Source: Clostridiales bacterium (GTDB lineage: Bacteria; Bacillota; Clostridia; TANB77; SIG350). From it: a stretch of DNA of 32,000 nucleotides. This document shows positions 9,898 to 18,063 of this stretch, piece by piece (position 1 is the first letter of the stretch; each line of letters begins with the position of its first letter). The position numbers were made by a program, and so were the translations under genes. The stretch covers positions 92,575 to 124,574 of the forward strand of contig SVGE01000002.1 of assembly GCA_015056545.1 (NCBI GenBank), written 5' to 3'. The notes under the pieces are model-generated. The model worked only from the letters and a program-made list of their open reading frames with translations, was not told the origin of the DNA and did no database searches.

Positions 9898-9988
9898 AGA
9901 TAAAAGGAATACCGCAAAAGCGGTTAGCCATTAAAACGTTATTAATCGCTTCTAAGGCCAAGACAGAAGCGATTAATTGTTATTTATG
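9898..9988 (+). ncRNA. Putative ~90-nt antisense sRNA (type I antitoxin candidate), complementary to the 3' end of the minus-strand small-ORF mRNA
   Basis: Lies between the promoter at 9863-9891 and the terminator at 9941-9977 (plus TTGTTATTTAT). Contains a 5' hairpin ACCGC-AAAA-GCGGT at 9911-9924. Ends are predicted, not measured. Confidence 0.4.
9941..9977. terminator. Bidirectional terminator shared by aspS/sRNA (+) and the small-ORF mRNA (-)
   Basis: Perfect 13-bp stem ATTAATCGCTTCT / AGAAGCGATTAAT with an 11-nt loop. T-rich on the + side (TGTTATTTAT) and TTTT on the - side. Confidence 0.65.
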
Positions 9989-10060
9989 AAATAATTTTTT
10001 GAAAATTATAGATAATACAATTATTTCAATAGTAAATATAATATTGTCTAATATAATCAT
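9980..10060 (-). CDS. 26-aa hydrophobic peptide MIILDNIIFTIEIIVLSIIFKKLFHK (type I toxin candidate)
   Basis: Too short for the ORF track; translated by hand. Strong SD AAGGGGGTGA (complement of 10065-10074) sits 5 nt before the ATG (complement of 10058-10060). Hydrophobic core with a basic KKLFHK tail. The stop abuts the terminator. Confidence 0.5.
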   Translation of the reverse strand: MIILDNIIFTIEIIVLSIIFKKLFHK

Positions 10061-10157
10061 ATTATCACCCCCTTATGAAATATATTTGTATATTATGTAA
10101 TAACTAGGTGTAAATATGGGGGCTAACCGCTCTGCTTAATTCCTTTTACCTGAAAGT

Positions 10158-10186
10158 ATTATATAACTAAAATAATGATTTGTAAA
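10158..10186 (-). promoter_or_regulatory. Consensus sigma-A promoter on the minus strand for the small-ORF mRNA
   Basis: On the minus strand: TTTACA (complement of 10181-10186), 17-nt spacer, TATAAT (complement of 10158-10163). Predicted TSS near 10151. Confidence 0.55.
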
Positions 10187-10228
10187 TAAAAAATATGGCA
10201 AAAAAACAAACAATTCATCGTAAAATCC

Positions 10229-10253
10229 GACAAATGCAAGTTTGTCTTTTTTT
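10229..10253 (+). terminator. Weak hairpin plus T7 tract upstream of rsmB
   Basis: GACAAA / TTTGTC 6-bp stem followed by TTTTTTT. May insulate rsmB from read-through. Confidence 0.3.
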
Positions 10254-10311
10254 ATTTCTTTTCTATTGAAAATTATACTATATTTGTGATATATTTAAAC
10301 AGGTGAGATAA

Positions 10312-11646
10312 ATGGAAAAAAATAATATAAATGCAAGAGAAATTGCATTAAAAATATTATATAAAATAGATAAAGAAAATGCATATTCTAATATAGTTTT
10401 AGATAGTTTTTTAAAAGAATATAATTTGGAAAATAGGGATAAAGCTTTTATTTCTCAGCTTGTTTATGGCAGTATTACATATAAAATTACATTAGATTAT
10501 ATTATTTCAAAACATTCTAAAATAAAACTAAAAAAAATTTCAGATTGGATACTTAATATACTAAGATTAGGTGTTTACCAAATAATGTTTTTAGATAAAA
10601 TACCTAAAAGAGCAATTGTTAATGAAAGCGTTAATTTAGCTAAAAAGTATGGACATATAAAATCTTCAGGTTTTGTAAATGCTATGTTAAAAAACATATC
10701 TGAAACTGAATTAGATGAATTAAGTTTTTCTAATGAAATAGACGAACTTTCAATTAAAACATCACATGAAAAATGGTTTATTGAAAAATTAATAAAAGAA
10801 TATGGATTAGATAATGCAAGAAAGATATGTGAATATAATAATATTGAGCCACCTGTATATATTAGAATTAATGTATTGAAAACAACGATTGATGAATTTA
10901 GAAATAAATTAGATAAATTAGAAATTAAATATGAAGATGGAATAGTTCCTAATACTTTAAAAATAGAAAAATTAAATGGCTTACTTGAAAGTGAATTATT
11001 TAAAAATGGATATTTTTCTATACAAGATAATGCGGCTAGTTTAGCTTCATATATTTTGAATGTAAAAGAAGGAGAAAATGTATTAGATATGTGTAGTTCA
11101 CCTGGTGGAAAAACTGCACATATGGCAGAAATGATGAAAGATAAAGGAACAATTACAGCTTGTGATGTTTATGAGAATAGACTTAGTTTAGTTAAAAAAA
11201 CAGCTAGAAGATTAGGTATAACTTGTATTAAAACTAAATTAAATGATGGTACTAAATTAAATAATGAATTTATTGATAAATTTGATAAAGTGTTAGTTGA
11301 TGCACCATGTAGTGGGTTAGGAGTTATTAGAAGAAAAATAGATATCAAGTATCAAAAGGCAGAAGAAGATATTGATGAAATAAAAAATATTCAATATTTG
11401 ATTTTGAAAAATGCAAGCCAATATGTAAAGCTAAATGGAGAGATTGTATATAGTACGTGTACAATATTTAAAGAAGAAAATGATGATATAATAAATAAAT
11501 TTTTAAAAGAGAACTCTAATTTTAGATTATTAGATATATCAGATAAAATAAAAGATAATATAAATAAAAATGGATGTATTCAAGTGCTTCCACATATACA
11601 TAATTTAGATGGCTTTTATATAGCAAAACTTGAAAGAATATCTTAA
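10312..11646 (+). CDS. rsmB: 16S rRNA (cytosine967-C5)-methyltransferase RsmB/Sun
   Basis: 444 aa. NusB-like N-terminal domain plus a SAM methyltransferase domain with DMCSSPGGKT and VDAPCSGLGVIRR. Confidence 0.9.
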   Translation: MEKNNINAREIALKILYKIDKENAYSNIVLDSFLKEYNLENRDKAFISQLVYGSITYKITLDYIISKHSKIKLKKISDWILNILRLGVYQIMFLDKIPKRAIVNESVNLAKKYGHIKSSGFVNAMLKNISETELDELSFSNEIDELSIKTSHEKWFIEKLIKEYGLDNARKICEYNNIEPPVYIRINVLKTTIDEFRNKLDKLEIKYEDGIVPNTLKIEKLNGLLESELFKNGYFSIQDNAASLASYILNVKEGENVLDMCSSPGGKTAHMAEMMKDKGTITACDVYENRLSLVKKTARRLGITCIKTKLNDGTKLNNEFIDKFDKVLVDAPCSGLGVIRRKIDIKYQKAEEDIDEIKNIQYLILKNASQYVKLNGEIVYSTCTIFKEENDDIINKFLKENSNFRLLDISDKIKDNINKNGCIQVLPHIHNLDGFYIAKLERIS

Positions 11647-11670
11647 AGATATAGATAGGGGGAATATAAA

Positions 11671-12363
11671 GTGTCTGAAAATAAAAAATATGTTATAGCA
11701 ATTGATGGGCCAGCTGGAACTGGTAAAGGTACAATTAGCAGGCTAGTTGCTAAAAGAATAGGTTTTGTCTTAGTTAAAACAGGAGATATGTTTAGAGCTA
11801 TTACATATAAAATGGTTAAAGAAAAAATTAAACTTGACGAAATAGATAAAATAATTAGTTTATTAGATAATATTGACTTAGAATTTAAGTATATAAATGG
11901 ACAACAAGTTTCTATCCTAGATGGTGAAGAATTAAATGACGAGCTAAGCATTAAAGAAGTACAAGATAATGTTTCACAAGTATCTGTTATAAAAGAAGTA
12001 AGAGATAAGGTATTAAAATATGAAAAAGATATTGCTAAAAAAGAAAATATAGTAATGGAAGGCAGAGATATTGGAACAACAGTGTTTCCAAATGCTGATG
12101 TGAAGATTTATTTAATTGCAGATTTAGAAGAAAGAGTTTTGAGAAGATATAATCAATTAAAAAAACAAGGGATAAATAATATATCAAAAGAAGAGGTTAA
12201 GCAAAATTTTATATTCCGTGATGAAAATGATAAAAATAAAAAATACGGTGCATTAAAACAAGCTGAAGATGCTGTTGTTGTGGATAATAGTCATAGAGAA
12301 ATAGAGGATACTGTTAATGAAATTATTAATATAATAAAAGAGAAGATAGGAGAGATTTGGTAA
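11671..12363 (+). CDS. cmk: Cytidylate kinase
   Basis: GTG start with a GGGGGA RBS. P-loop IAIDGPAGTGKGT. Typical length of 230 aa. Confidence 0.93.
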   Translation: MSENKKYVIAIDGPAGTGKGTISRLVAKRIGFVLVKTGDMFRAITYKMVKEKIKLDEIDKIISLLDNIDLEFKYINGQQVSILDGEELNDELSIKEVQDNVSQVSVIKEVRDKVLKYEKDIAKKENIVMEGRDIGTTVFPNADVKIYLIADLEERVLRRYNQLKKQGINNISKEEVKQNFIFRDENDKNKKYGALKQAEDAVVVDNSHREIEDTVNEIINIIKEKIGEIW

Positions 12364-12947
12364 TGATATTTTGGTTTATAGTAAAAAGTATTATTTGGTT
12401 TTTATACAAATTAGTTTTTCAAGTAAAAATAGAAGGAGTGAAAAATATACCTAAACAAGGAGGAGCATTAATTTGTCCTAATCATGTTCATTTTTTAGAT
12501 GGCCCTTTAGTTGTTGTTGCACTTAATAGAAGAGTTAATACAATGTCAAAAGCTGAAGCATTTAAGCCTGCACTATTAGGTTGGCTTATGAAAAAGATGG
12601 GCTGTTTCCCAGTTCAAAGAGATAAAAGAGATTTCGGCTCATTAAAAAAATGTATTACTATGTTAAAAAAAGGTGAATTAGTAACTGTATTTCCAGAAGG
12701 AACTAGAAATGGTTTAGAAAAAGGAAAAAAACTAGGAAAAGGTGCAGCATTTTTACTTATGTCAGCAAAAGTTCCTTTAATACCTGTTGGGATAACTGGT
12801 AAATATAAACCTTTTGGTAAACTAAAAATTAAATTTGGTGAACCAGTATCATTTGAAGAGTTTTATGGTATGGAGAAGGATAAAGAAGTTTATGAAAAAG
12901 TAAACGAAAAACTTTTATTAAATATTCAAAATCAATTGACAAATTAA
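12363..12947 (+). CDS. plsC: 1-acyl-sn-glycerol-3-phosphate acyltransferase
   Basis: Acyltransferase motifs NHVHFLD (HxxxxD) and FPEGTR. The likely ATG at 12363 overlaps the cmk stop (TAATG). Confidence 0.85.
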   Translation: MIFWFIVKSIIWFLYKLVFQVKIEGVKNIPKQGGALICPNHVHFLDGPLVVVALNRRVNTMSKAEAFKPALLGWLMKKMGCFPVQRDKRDFGSLKKCITMLKKGELVTVFPEGTRNGLEKGKKLGKGAAFLLMSAKVPLIPVGITGKYKPFGKLKIKFGEPVSFEEFYGMEKDKEVYEKVNEKLLLNIQNQLTN

Positions 12948-13013
12948 GAATAATATTAGATAATATAAAAGCGTTTGATACGCAATTTAGATTAAGGAAG
13001 GAAAGATTTAGAT

Positions 13014-14084
13014 ATGGAAAATTTTGAAGAAATGTTAGAAAATTCATTTAAGGCAATAGTGCCAGGAACAACAATTAAAGGAGAAGTTTTATCAGTAACT
13101 GATGATGAAATATTTGTTAATATCGGATATAAAGCTGATGGTATTGTAGCAAAATCTGATTTATCTTATGATGAAACAAAAAATCCAAATGATTTATACA
13201 AAGTAGGAGATACGATTGAAGTATATGTTGTTAAATTAAATGATGGTAGAGGAAATGTTGTTTTATCTACTAAAAAATTAGAAGAAAGTAAATTAAAAGA
13301 AAAATTTGATAATGCTGTAAATAGTAATGAAACTATTACTGTTAAAGTTTCTGAGATTTTAGAAAAAGGTGTTAGAGCAAATTACTTAGGTAATAGAATA
13401 TTTATACCAGCAAGTCAATTAGTAAATAGAGATGTTAATTTTTATCAAGGAAAAACTATTGAAATAAAAATAATAGAAAATCAAGATAGAAGAATTATTG
13501 GTTCTGAAAGAAAAGTTAATTCTGAATTAAAAGAAAAACAAGCACATGATACAATGTTATCTATAAGAGTTGGAGATATTGTTAAAGGAACTGTAAAAAG
13601 AATTAATGAATATGGTGCATTTGTAGATATTGGTGGAGTAGAAGGTTTATTGCATGTATCTCAAATGACATGGAAAAGAAATGTTGATCCAAAAGACGTA
13701 GTAAAAGAAGGACAAGTACTTGATGTTGAAATTATAGAATTAGATAAAGAAAAAGGAAGAATAGCTTTAAAATCTAAAAAAGATGAAGAAAATCCTTGGA
13801 ATGAAGTAGGAACTTCTGTAATAGTAGGTTCAGTATTAGATGTAACAGTATTAAGATTAGTTGCATTTGGTGCTTTTGTTGAAATTAAGCCAGGATTAGA
13901 AGGATTTATTCATATTTCACAAATTTCTACTGAAATGATTAAAGCTCCATCAGATGTTTTAGAAATTGGACAAACTGTTACCGCAAAAGTTGTTGTAATT
14001 GATACAGAAAAAAATAGAATTGAACTTAGTGTTAAAGCTTTAAGTGAAAAAGTAGAAGAAAAAGAAGAAACTGTAGAAGAATAA
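13014..14084 (+). CDS. rpsA: 30S ribosomal protein S1 (four S1 domains, short Firmicutes form)
   Basis: Repeated S1 OB-fold modules (G.V..V...G.FV.IG...G..H.S). The cmk-plsC-rpsA order is typical of Firmicutes. Confidence 0.9.
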   Translation: MENFEEMLENSFKAIVPGTTIKGEVLSVTDDEIFVNIGYKADGIVAKSDLSYDETKNPNDLYKVGDTIEVYVVKLNDGRGNVVLSTKKLEESKLKEKFDNAVNSNETITVKVSEILEKGVRANYLGNRIFIPASQLVNRDVNFYQGKTIEIKIIENQDRRIIGSERKVNSELKEKQAHDTMLSIRVGDIVKGTVKRINEYGAFVDIGGVEGLLHVSQMTWKRNVDPKDVVKEGQVLDVEIIELDKEKGRIALKSKKDEENPWNEVGTSVIVGSVLDVTVLRLVAFGAFVEIKPGLEGFIHISQISTEMIKAPSDVLEIGQTVTAKVVVIDTEKNRIELSVKALSEKVEEKEETVEE

Positions 14085-14092
14085 TATATTAT

Positions 14093-14138
14093 ACACTTCA
14101 AAATTATTGCCTTAAACAAGATTTTGAAGTGTTTTTTA
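14093..14138 (+). terminator. Rho-independent terminator of rpsA
   Basis: ACACTTCAAAAT (14093-14104) pairs with ATTTTGAAGTGT (14121-14132), followed by TTTTT. Confidence 0.75.
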
Positions 14139-14151
14139 TAGGAGGAAACAA

Positions 14152-15105
14152 ATGAAGAAAATAAAAATTATACCTATTTTAATAATATTTAGTATTTTAA
14201 TTTTTTCAATTTCTGTTAGTGCATTTGGAATTATTCATGAGAAGCTTGAAAATATAATTAATTATTTAAATAATGATAATGAAGACATATATTCATGTAT
14301 TGATACTTCTAATACAGTTTTATCGGATAATATTAATACATATATGGGTAGAGTTGAAATAGCATATAAGATATTAAAAAGTTCATATATGCAAAATGGG
14401 AAAGCTCAAGTTATTTGCAATACAGTTACTATTATAGATGGCAAAGAGATTGTTAGAGGAGAAGCATATTTTGATTTTATAGAAATTAATAATACATTTA
14501 TATTAACAGATACAGATTTATTTAGTTTGTTTAAGAAAACTAATAATGAAGAAAGAGAAGAACAGACACCTCATAAATCTTTTATGAATTTTATATCTCA
14601 TTTTAGAAATGGTGATATTGAAACATATGATTACATAGATAATAGTAATATTGAATTAGCTAATAATATAGATAAGTATATTGAAAATATAGATATTACA
14701 TGTTCTGATATGGATATTGATAAAATAGGTAATGATAAATATAAAATAGAATGTGAAATAAATGCAAAAGGTGAAAGATGGTCAACTAGCGGATTTAAAG
14801 TAGAATTTAAATTAATGAAACAAGATAATAAATACGTTATTTATGAAACTAATTTGTTTGAAATTATAGGACCAGAAAATATTGCAAATTTTGCAATAAA
14901 GTTGGTTGGTATAATAGTATTATTATCAATAGTATTACCATTTGTTTTCTTTATAGTAATTTTTATAACGATAAAAAAGCATAAAAATAAAATAGAAAAT
15001 ACTTTTAGTAATAATAGTTATGAAGAAATTATAGACAATAAAATCGAAGAAGATTATCAATCAGATAATAATTTTAATAATGATAATCCAATAAAATATG
15101 AATAA
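14152..15105 (+). CDS. Membrane-anchored hypothetical protein (N-terminal signal/TM, two related internal modules, C-terminal TM)
   Basis: AGGAGG RBS. N-terminal segment KIIPILIIFSILIFSISVSA and C-terminal TM LVGIIVLLSIVLPFVFFIVIFI. Confidence 0.55.
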   Translation: MKKIKIIPILIIFSILIFSISVSAFGIIHEKLENIINYLNNDNEDIYSCIDTSNTVLSDNINTYMGRVEIAYKILKSSYMQNGKAQVICNTVTIIDGKEIVRGEAYFDFIEINNTFILTDTDLFSLFKKTNNEEREEQTPHKSFMNFISHFRNGDIETYDYIDNSNIELANNIDKYIENIDITCSDMDIDKIGNDKYKIECEINAKGERWSTSGFKVEFKLMKQDNKYVIYETNLFEIIGPENIANFAIKLVGIIVLLSIVLPFVFFIVIFITIKKHKNKIENTFSNNSYEEIIDNKIEEDYQSDNNFNNDNPIKYE

Positions 15106-15146
15106 AAATAAAGGATAAACTAAATATTAAAGTTTATCCTTTTTAA
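15105..15146. terminator. Bidirectional terminator between convergent genes
   Basis: AAAGGATAAACT (15110-15121) pairs with AGTTTATCCTTT (15131-15142). Flanked by an A-run upstream and a T-run downstream. Confidence 0.7.
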
Positions 15147-15152
15147 TTATAT

Positions 15153-15695
15153 TTAAATATCAATACTATCATCATCATTTGTTAATAAATTTATGATTTG
15201 AGGATAATATTTAAGTGAATTATTTTTCCAGTTTTCAGCTATTTTTCTAGCTTGTTCCATAGTTCCAGCATAAATTTCTAAAGAAAACAATCTTGAACTA
15301 CCTTCATCAATATTACATTTTACATTTATTTTATTTGCATCAAGTATTATAAAATCTGTTGTTATAGATAATTCATATTTTAGACCTTTAATAATTTTTT
15401 GTATTGCATTATCTGCTGCAACACTCATAACACTTGGTATTAAATACATTAAATCAGTTAATGTAGATTTTCCTTTTTCAGTAATAATGTAATAATGTTT
15501 ATTATTTTCTTCAAATATATTTATAAATTCTTTATCTTTTAAATCAGAAAGAAATTGTTGAAAATAAAAATAATTAATTTCATTAATACTAAAATATATA
15601 TCTGTTAAATTACTTATAGTAACAGGAATATTTGCTTTATTTAAAATATATAATATTAATAGCCTGTTTTCAGGATTTGAGTTATCGTTTATCAT
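15153..15695 (-). CDS. DUF4364-family protein (putative PadR-like regulator common in Clostridia)
   Basis: NRLLILYILNKANIPVTISNLTDIYFSINEINYFYFQQFLSDL matches my recollection of the DUF4364 N-terminal pattern. ATG 15695 is preferred over the upstream TTG at 15713. Confidence 0.6.
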   Translation of the reverse strand: MINDNSNPENRLLILYILNKANIPVTISNLTDIYFSINEINYFYFQQFLSDLKDKEFINIFEENNKHYYIITEKGKSTLTDLMYLIPSVMSVAADNAIQKIIKGLKYELSITTDFIILDANKINVKCNIDEGSSRLFSLEIYAGTMEQARKIAENWKNNSLKYYPQIINLLTNDDDSIDI

Positions 15696-15746
15696 TATCA
15701 ATTTTATCACCAAAAAAATTATATCATACTTTTTTTCATTTTACTA

Positions 15747-15775
15747 TTGATTTTTTAAAAAATTAATGTTATTAT
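15747..15775 (+). promoter_or_regulatory. Promoter of tRNA-Trp
   Basis: TTGATT (15747-15752), 17-nt spacer, TATTAT (15770-15775). Confidence 0.45.
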
Positions 15776-15790
15776 ATAAAAGCGTTAGAT

Positions 15791-15864
15791 AGGGGTATAG
15801 TTCATCGGTAGAATAACGGTCTCCAAAACCGCTGAGCTAGGTTCGATTCCTAGTACCCCTGCCA
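15791..15864 (+). tRNA. trnW: tRNA-Trp (anticodon CCA), CCA end encoded
   Basis: Folded by hand. Acceptor AGGGGTA/TACCCCT, anticodon loop CTCCAAA, T-arm CTAGG-TTCGATT-CCTAG, discriminator G, 3' CCA. Length 74 nt. Confidence 0.93.
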
Positions 15865-15874
15865 ATAGAAAATA

Positions 15875-15908
15875 AAACCACTTGCATTTTTGTAGGTGGT
15901 TTTGTTGT
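15875..15908 (+). terminator. Terminator after tRNA-Trp
   Basis: AAACCACTTGCA / TGTAGGTGGTTT hairpin with wobble pairs, followed by a T-rich tail. Confidence 0.55.
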
Positions 15909-16026
15909 TAGGTTTAAAATTTAATTGTGTATTGCGAAAGTAGGGAATTTATATCTACTTTTTATTGTTGATTTATTGCTTTGTTGTTTCTTTTGTGATA
16001 GAGTATTCACATAAGGAGGAAAGGTT

Positions 16027-17121
16027 ATGAGCAATAAATTTGTTTTTTTCGCAATAATAGCAATAATAATTGGTGTAGTTATATCTTTAAATACAGGAAG
16101 TAGTGAAATAGAAAAAATAGAGTTATCAAATGAGTATAGTTATATAGGAAACTTTTCAGATGGACTAGCATATGTTGTGTCAGATAAAGATAATAAATGT
16201 GGTTATGTAGATGAAAATGGAAAAATTGTTATTCCATGCATTTATGATTCTGCAAATAAGTTTTCAGAAGGTTTAGCATTAGTAAAATATAATGGAGAAT
16301 TTAGCTTTATAGATAAAAGTGGAGAAACAATAATATCTAATGTTGATATAGATGATAATTTTGGAGAAAGTATTTCATATTTTTCAAATGGTAGAGCATT
16401 GGTAAGAAGAAATGAAAAATATGGTTATATAGATAAAATTGGTGAAGAGATTATTCCTTGTCAGTATTTATTGGCATTACCATTTGAAAATAATTTTGCT
16501 TTTGTTGTATATGAAAATAAAGAAAGAGCTTATATTAATACATATGGAGATGAAGTGATAACTTTTTATGATAGTGAAACACAAGCAGTTCCATTTTCAG
16601 AAGGTTTAGCAGTTATTGAAGAAAATGAAGAATGGAATGTTATAAATGAATATGGAGAAAGTGTAATTGAATATAAGGATGGATATAATATTCCTCATAT
16701 TTTAAATTATTTGTATAATGATTTTCAAGATGGTATGATATTAATTACACATAATGAAAAGGCTGGTTATATGAATTCACAAGGTGAGATAGTTATTCCT
16801 TGTATTTATGATGGTGGAACAAAATTTGAAAATGGTAAAGCCTTTGTTGGAAAAGATAATAAAATATTAGTTATAGATAAAGAAGGTAATGAAAATAAAA
16901 TAGCAGATAACAAATATATTGTTGAAGGCTTTAAAGATATTTTAATAGTTGCGAATACAAAAGAATATGGAATGTTAGTAGATAATGAAAAATATGGTTG
17001 TATTGATAAAGAAGGAAAAAAAATATTACCATGTGAATATGATGAGATAAGTGGATTTATTGATGGCGTTGCAACAGCAAAAAAAGATAATAAATGGTAT
17101 ATATTAAAAATAAAAGATTAG
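16027..17121 (+). CDS. WG-repeat (KWG-type) protein with N-terminal membrane anchor
   Basis: Repeated modules of the type KYGYIDKIGEEIIPCQY, KCGYVDENGKIVIPCIYD and KAGYMNSQGEIVIPCIYD. AAGGAGG RBS. Confidence 0.8.
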   Translation: MSNKFVFFAIIAIIIGVVISLNTGSSEIEKIELSNEYSYIGNFSDGLAYVVSDKDNKCGYVDENGKIVIPCIYDSANKFSEGLALVKYNGEFSFIDKSGETIISNVDIDDNFGESISYFSNGRALVRRNEKYGYIDKIGEEIIPCQYLLALPFENNFAFVVYENKERAYINTYGDEVITFYDSETQAVPFSEGLAVIEENEEWNVINEYGESVIEYKDGYNIPHILNYLYNDFQDGMILITHNEKAGYMNSQGEIVIPCIYDGGTKFENGKAFVGKDNKILVIDKEGNENKIADNKYIVEGFKDILIVANTKEYGMLVDNEKYGCIDKEGKKILPCEYDEISGFIDGVATAKKDNKWYILKIKD

Positions 17122-17163
17122 TGTAAATACATAAAGTTCATATTTGGGTATGTTTGTCCTGCC

Positions 17164-17197
17164 AAAAACTTGTTACAATTTGTAGCAAGTTTTTTTA
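17164..17197 (+). terminator. Terminator of the WG-repeat gene
   Basis: AAAAACTTGTTACA / TGTAGCAAGTTTTT hairpin followed by T's. Confidence 0.7.
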
Positions 17198-17210
17198 TGC
17201 TTTATATAAG

Positions 17211-17239
17211 TTGACAAAAAACTTTACATAATATATAAT
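17211..17239 (+). promoter_or_regulatory. Consensus sigma-A promoter of the orphan ORF at 17298
   Basis: TTGACA (17211-17216), 17-nt spacer, TATAAT (17234-17239). Confidence 0.6.
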
Positions 17240-17297
17240 GTTTCCATAAAATTTAATATTTAAAATTCAATCAAATTTTTTGAAGGGAGTAAATATA

Positions 17298-17972
17298 ATG
17301 CAAAAAAGTAAAGTTAAGTTAGAAGAATTTCTTGAAAAGGAAATGAAACCTTCTTTTATCATAAAGGAAGGATATGAAGAGCGGTATAAAGTAAGGTGCA
17401 GGCATGTTGTTACTAAGGTAGTAAATAAAGTATATGAAGTTTTGATAAATGATGACAAATGCATACATCATTATTTGGGTAGACCTAATGATTTTCTAAA
17501 AAAGGAATTACCTGAGTATGCTTTTGGACCTTGTGAATCATTACTTAATGATTTGTTCGATAATTATACAGTTGAACTTTTCGATATTTTCGAAACAGAT
17601 TTATTGGATGGTATTCAGAAAATCAAGGTTGAGATACAAAACCGTTTTATTGATTCTATGTTGGGATATTTCCATTCTTCAATTATCAGTAGATATAAAG
17701 AACGTAAGCAAGAAATTATGAAAAGTGAATTCTTTGATAATGTAATAGAATATGAGACTATAATAAGTCAATATATTTTATTAATTAATAATGAAAAAGC
17801 TGAAAAGAAAATCTGCTATAATAATTATGTAAGACATCTTGAAGATACAATTGATGAATTTATTGCAGAGTTAAGAAGATATGTAAGTCATAATGGAGAA
17901 GGGGATATTCATTTTATACGTGTAAGATATATCTATTATTACATAAAAGAAAATATTCTAACAAATTTTTAG
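17298..17972 (+). CDS. Hypothetical protein (224 aa), monocistronic
   Basis: ATG 17298 is preceded by GAAGGGAG; the ORF-track start 17280 is unlikely. Has its own promoter and terminator. No motif recognised. Confidence 0.6.
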   Translation: MQKSKVKLEEFLEKEMKPSFIIKEGYEERYKVRCRHVVTKVVNKVYEVLINDDKCIHHYLGRPNDFLKKELPEYAFGPCESLLNDLFDNYTVELFDIFETDLLDGIQKIKVEIQNRFIDSMLGYFHSSIISRYKERKQEIMKSEFFDNVIEYETIISQYILLINNEKAEKKICYNNYVRHLEDTIDEFIAELRRYVSHNGEGDIHFIRVRYIYYYIKENILTNF

Positions 17973-17976
17973 GATT

Positions 17977-18012
17977 AAAAGAAAGTTACAATTTTTATTG
18001 TAGCTTTCTTTT
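17977..18012 (+). terminator. Terminator of the orphan ORF
   Basis: AAAAGAAAGTTACAA / TTGTAGCTTTCTTTT hairpin. Confidence 0.7.
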
Positions 18013-18063
18013 AATTTGACAAAAAAATATATATGTGTTTTAATATTTTTATGAGGTGATTTT

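Noticed and set aside
9898-10151. 6S RNA, considered because a 6S gene lies near aspS in Bacillus subtilis and the region has a closing stem formed by its two ends.
   Set aside because: At about 250 nt it is too long. The centre contains a strong terminator hairpin and, on the opposite strand, an ORF with a strong SD and its own consensus promoter. I saw no 6S-like central bubble architecture. A covariance-model search (Rfam RF00013) would settle it.
9896-10151. A MITE, i.e. imperfect ~34-bp terminal inverted repeats flanking an AT-rich core.
   Set aside because: No target-site duplication is visible at the ends, and the interior has coherent promoter, SD, ORF and terminator logic. It cannot be fully excluded without counting copies in the whole genome.
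10195-10269. 24-aa ORF MAKKQTIHRKIRQMQVCLFLFLFY on the + strand.
   Set aside because: There is no Shine-Dalgarno upstream. Its hydrophobic tail is simply the translation of the terminator hairpin and T-tract.
17518-17721. 67-aa + strand ORF in another frame inside the orphan gene 17298..17972.
   Set aside because: It is an overlapping alternative frame without an RBS. The longer frame has a promoter, RBS and terminator.
17164-18012. Look-alike hairpins (GTTACAATTTGTAGC and GTTACAATTTTTATTGTAGC) flanking the orphan ORF, considered as a possible repeat or insertion signature.
   Set aside because: Each is a complete intrinsic terminator in the expected position. The similarity is limited to about 15 nt of AT-rich stem-loop and there are no further flanking repeats.
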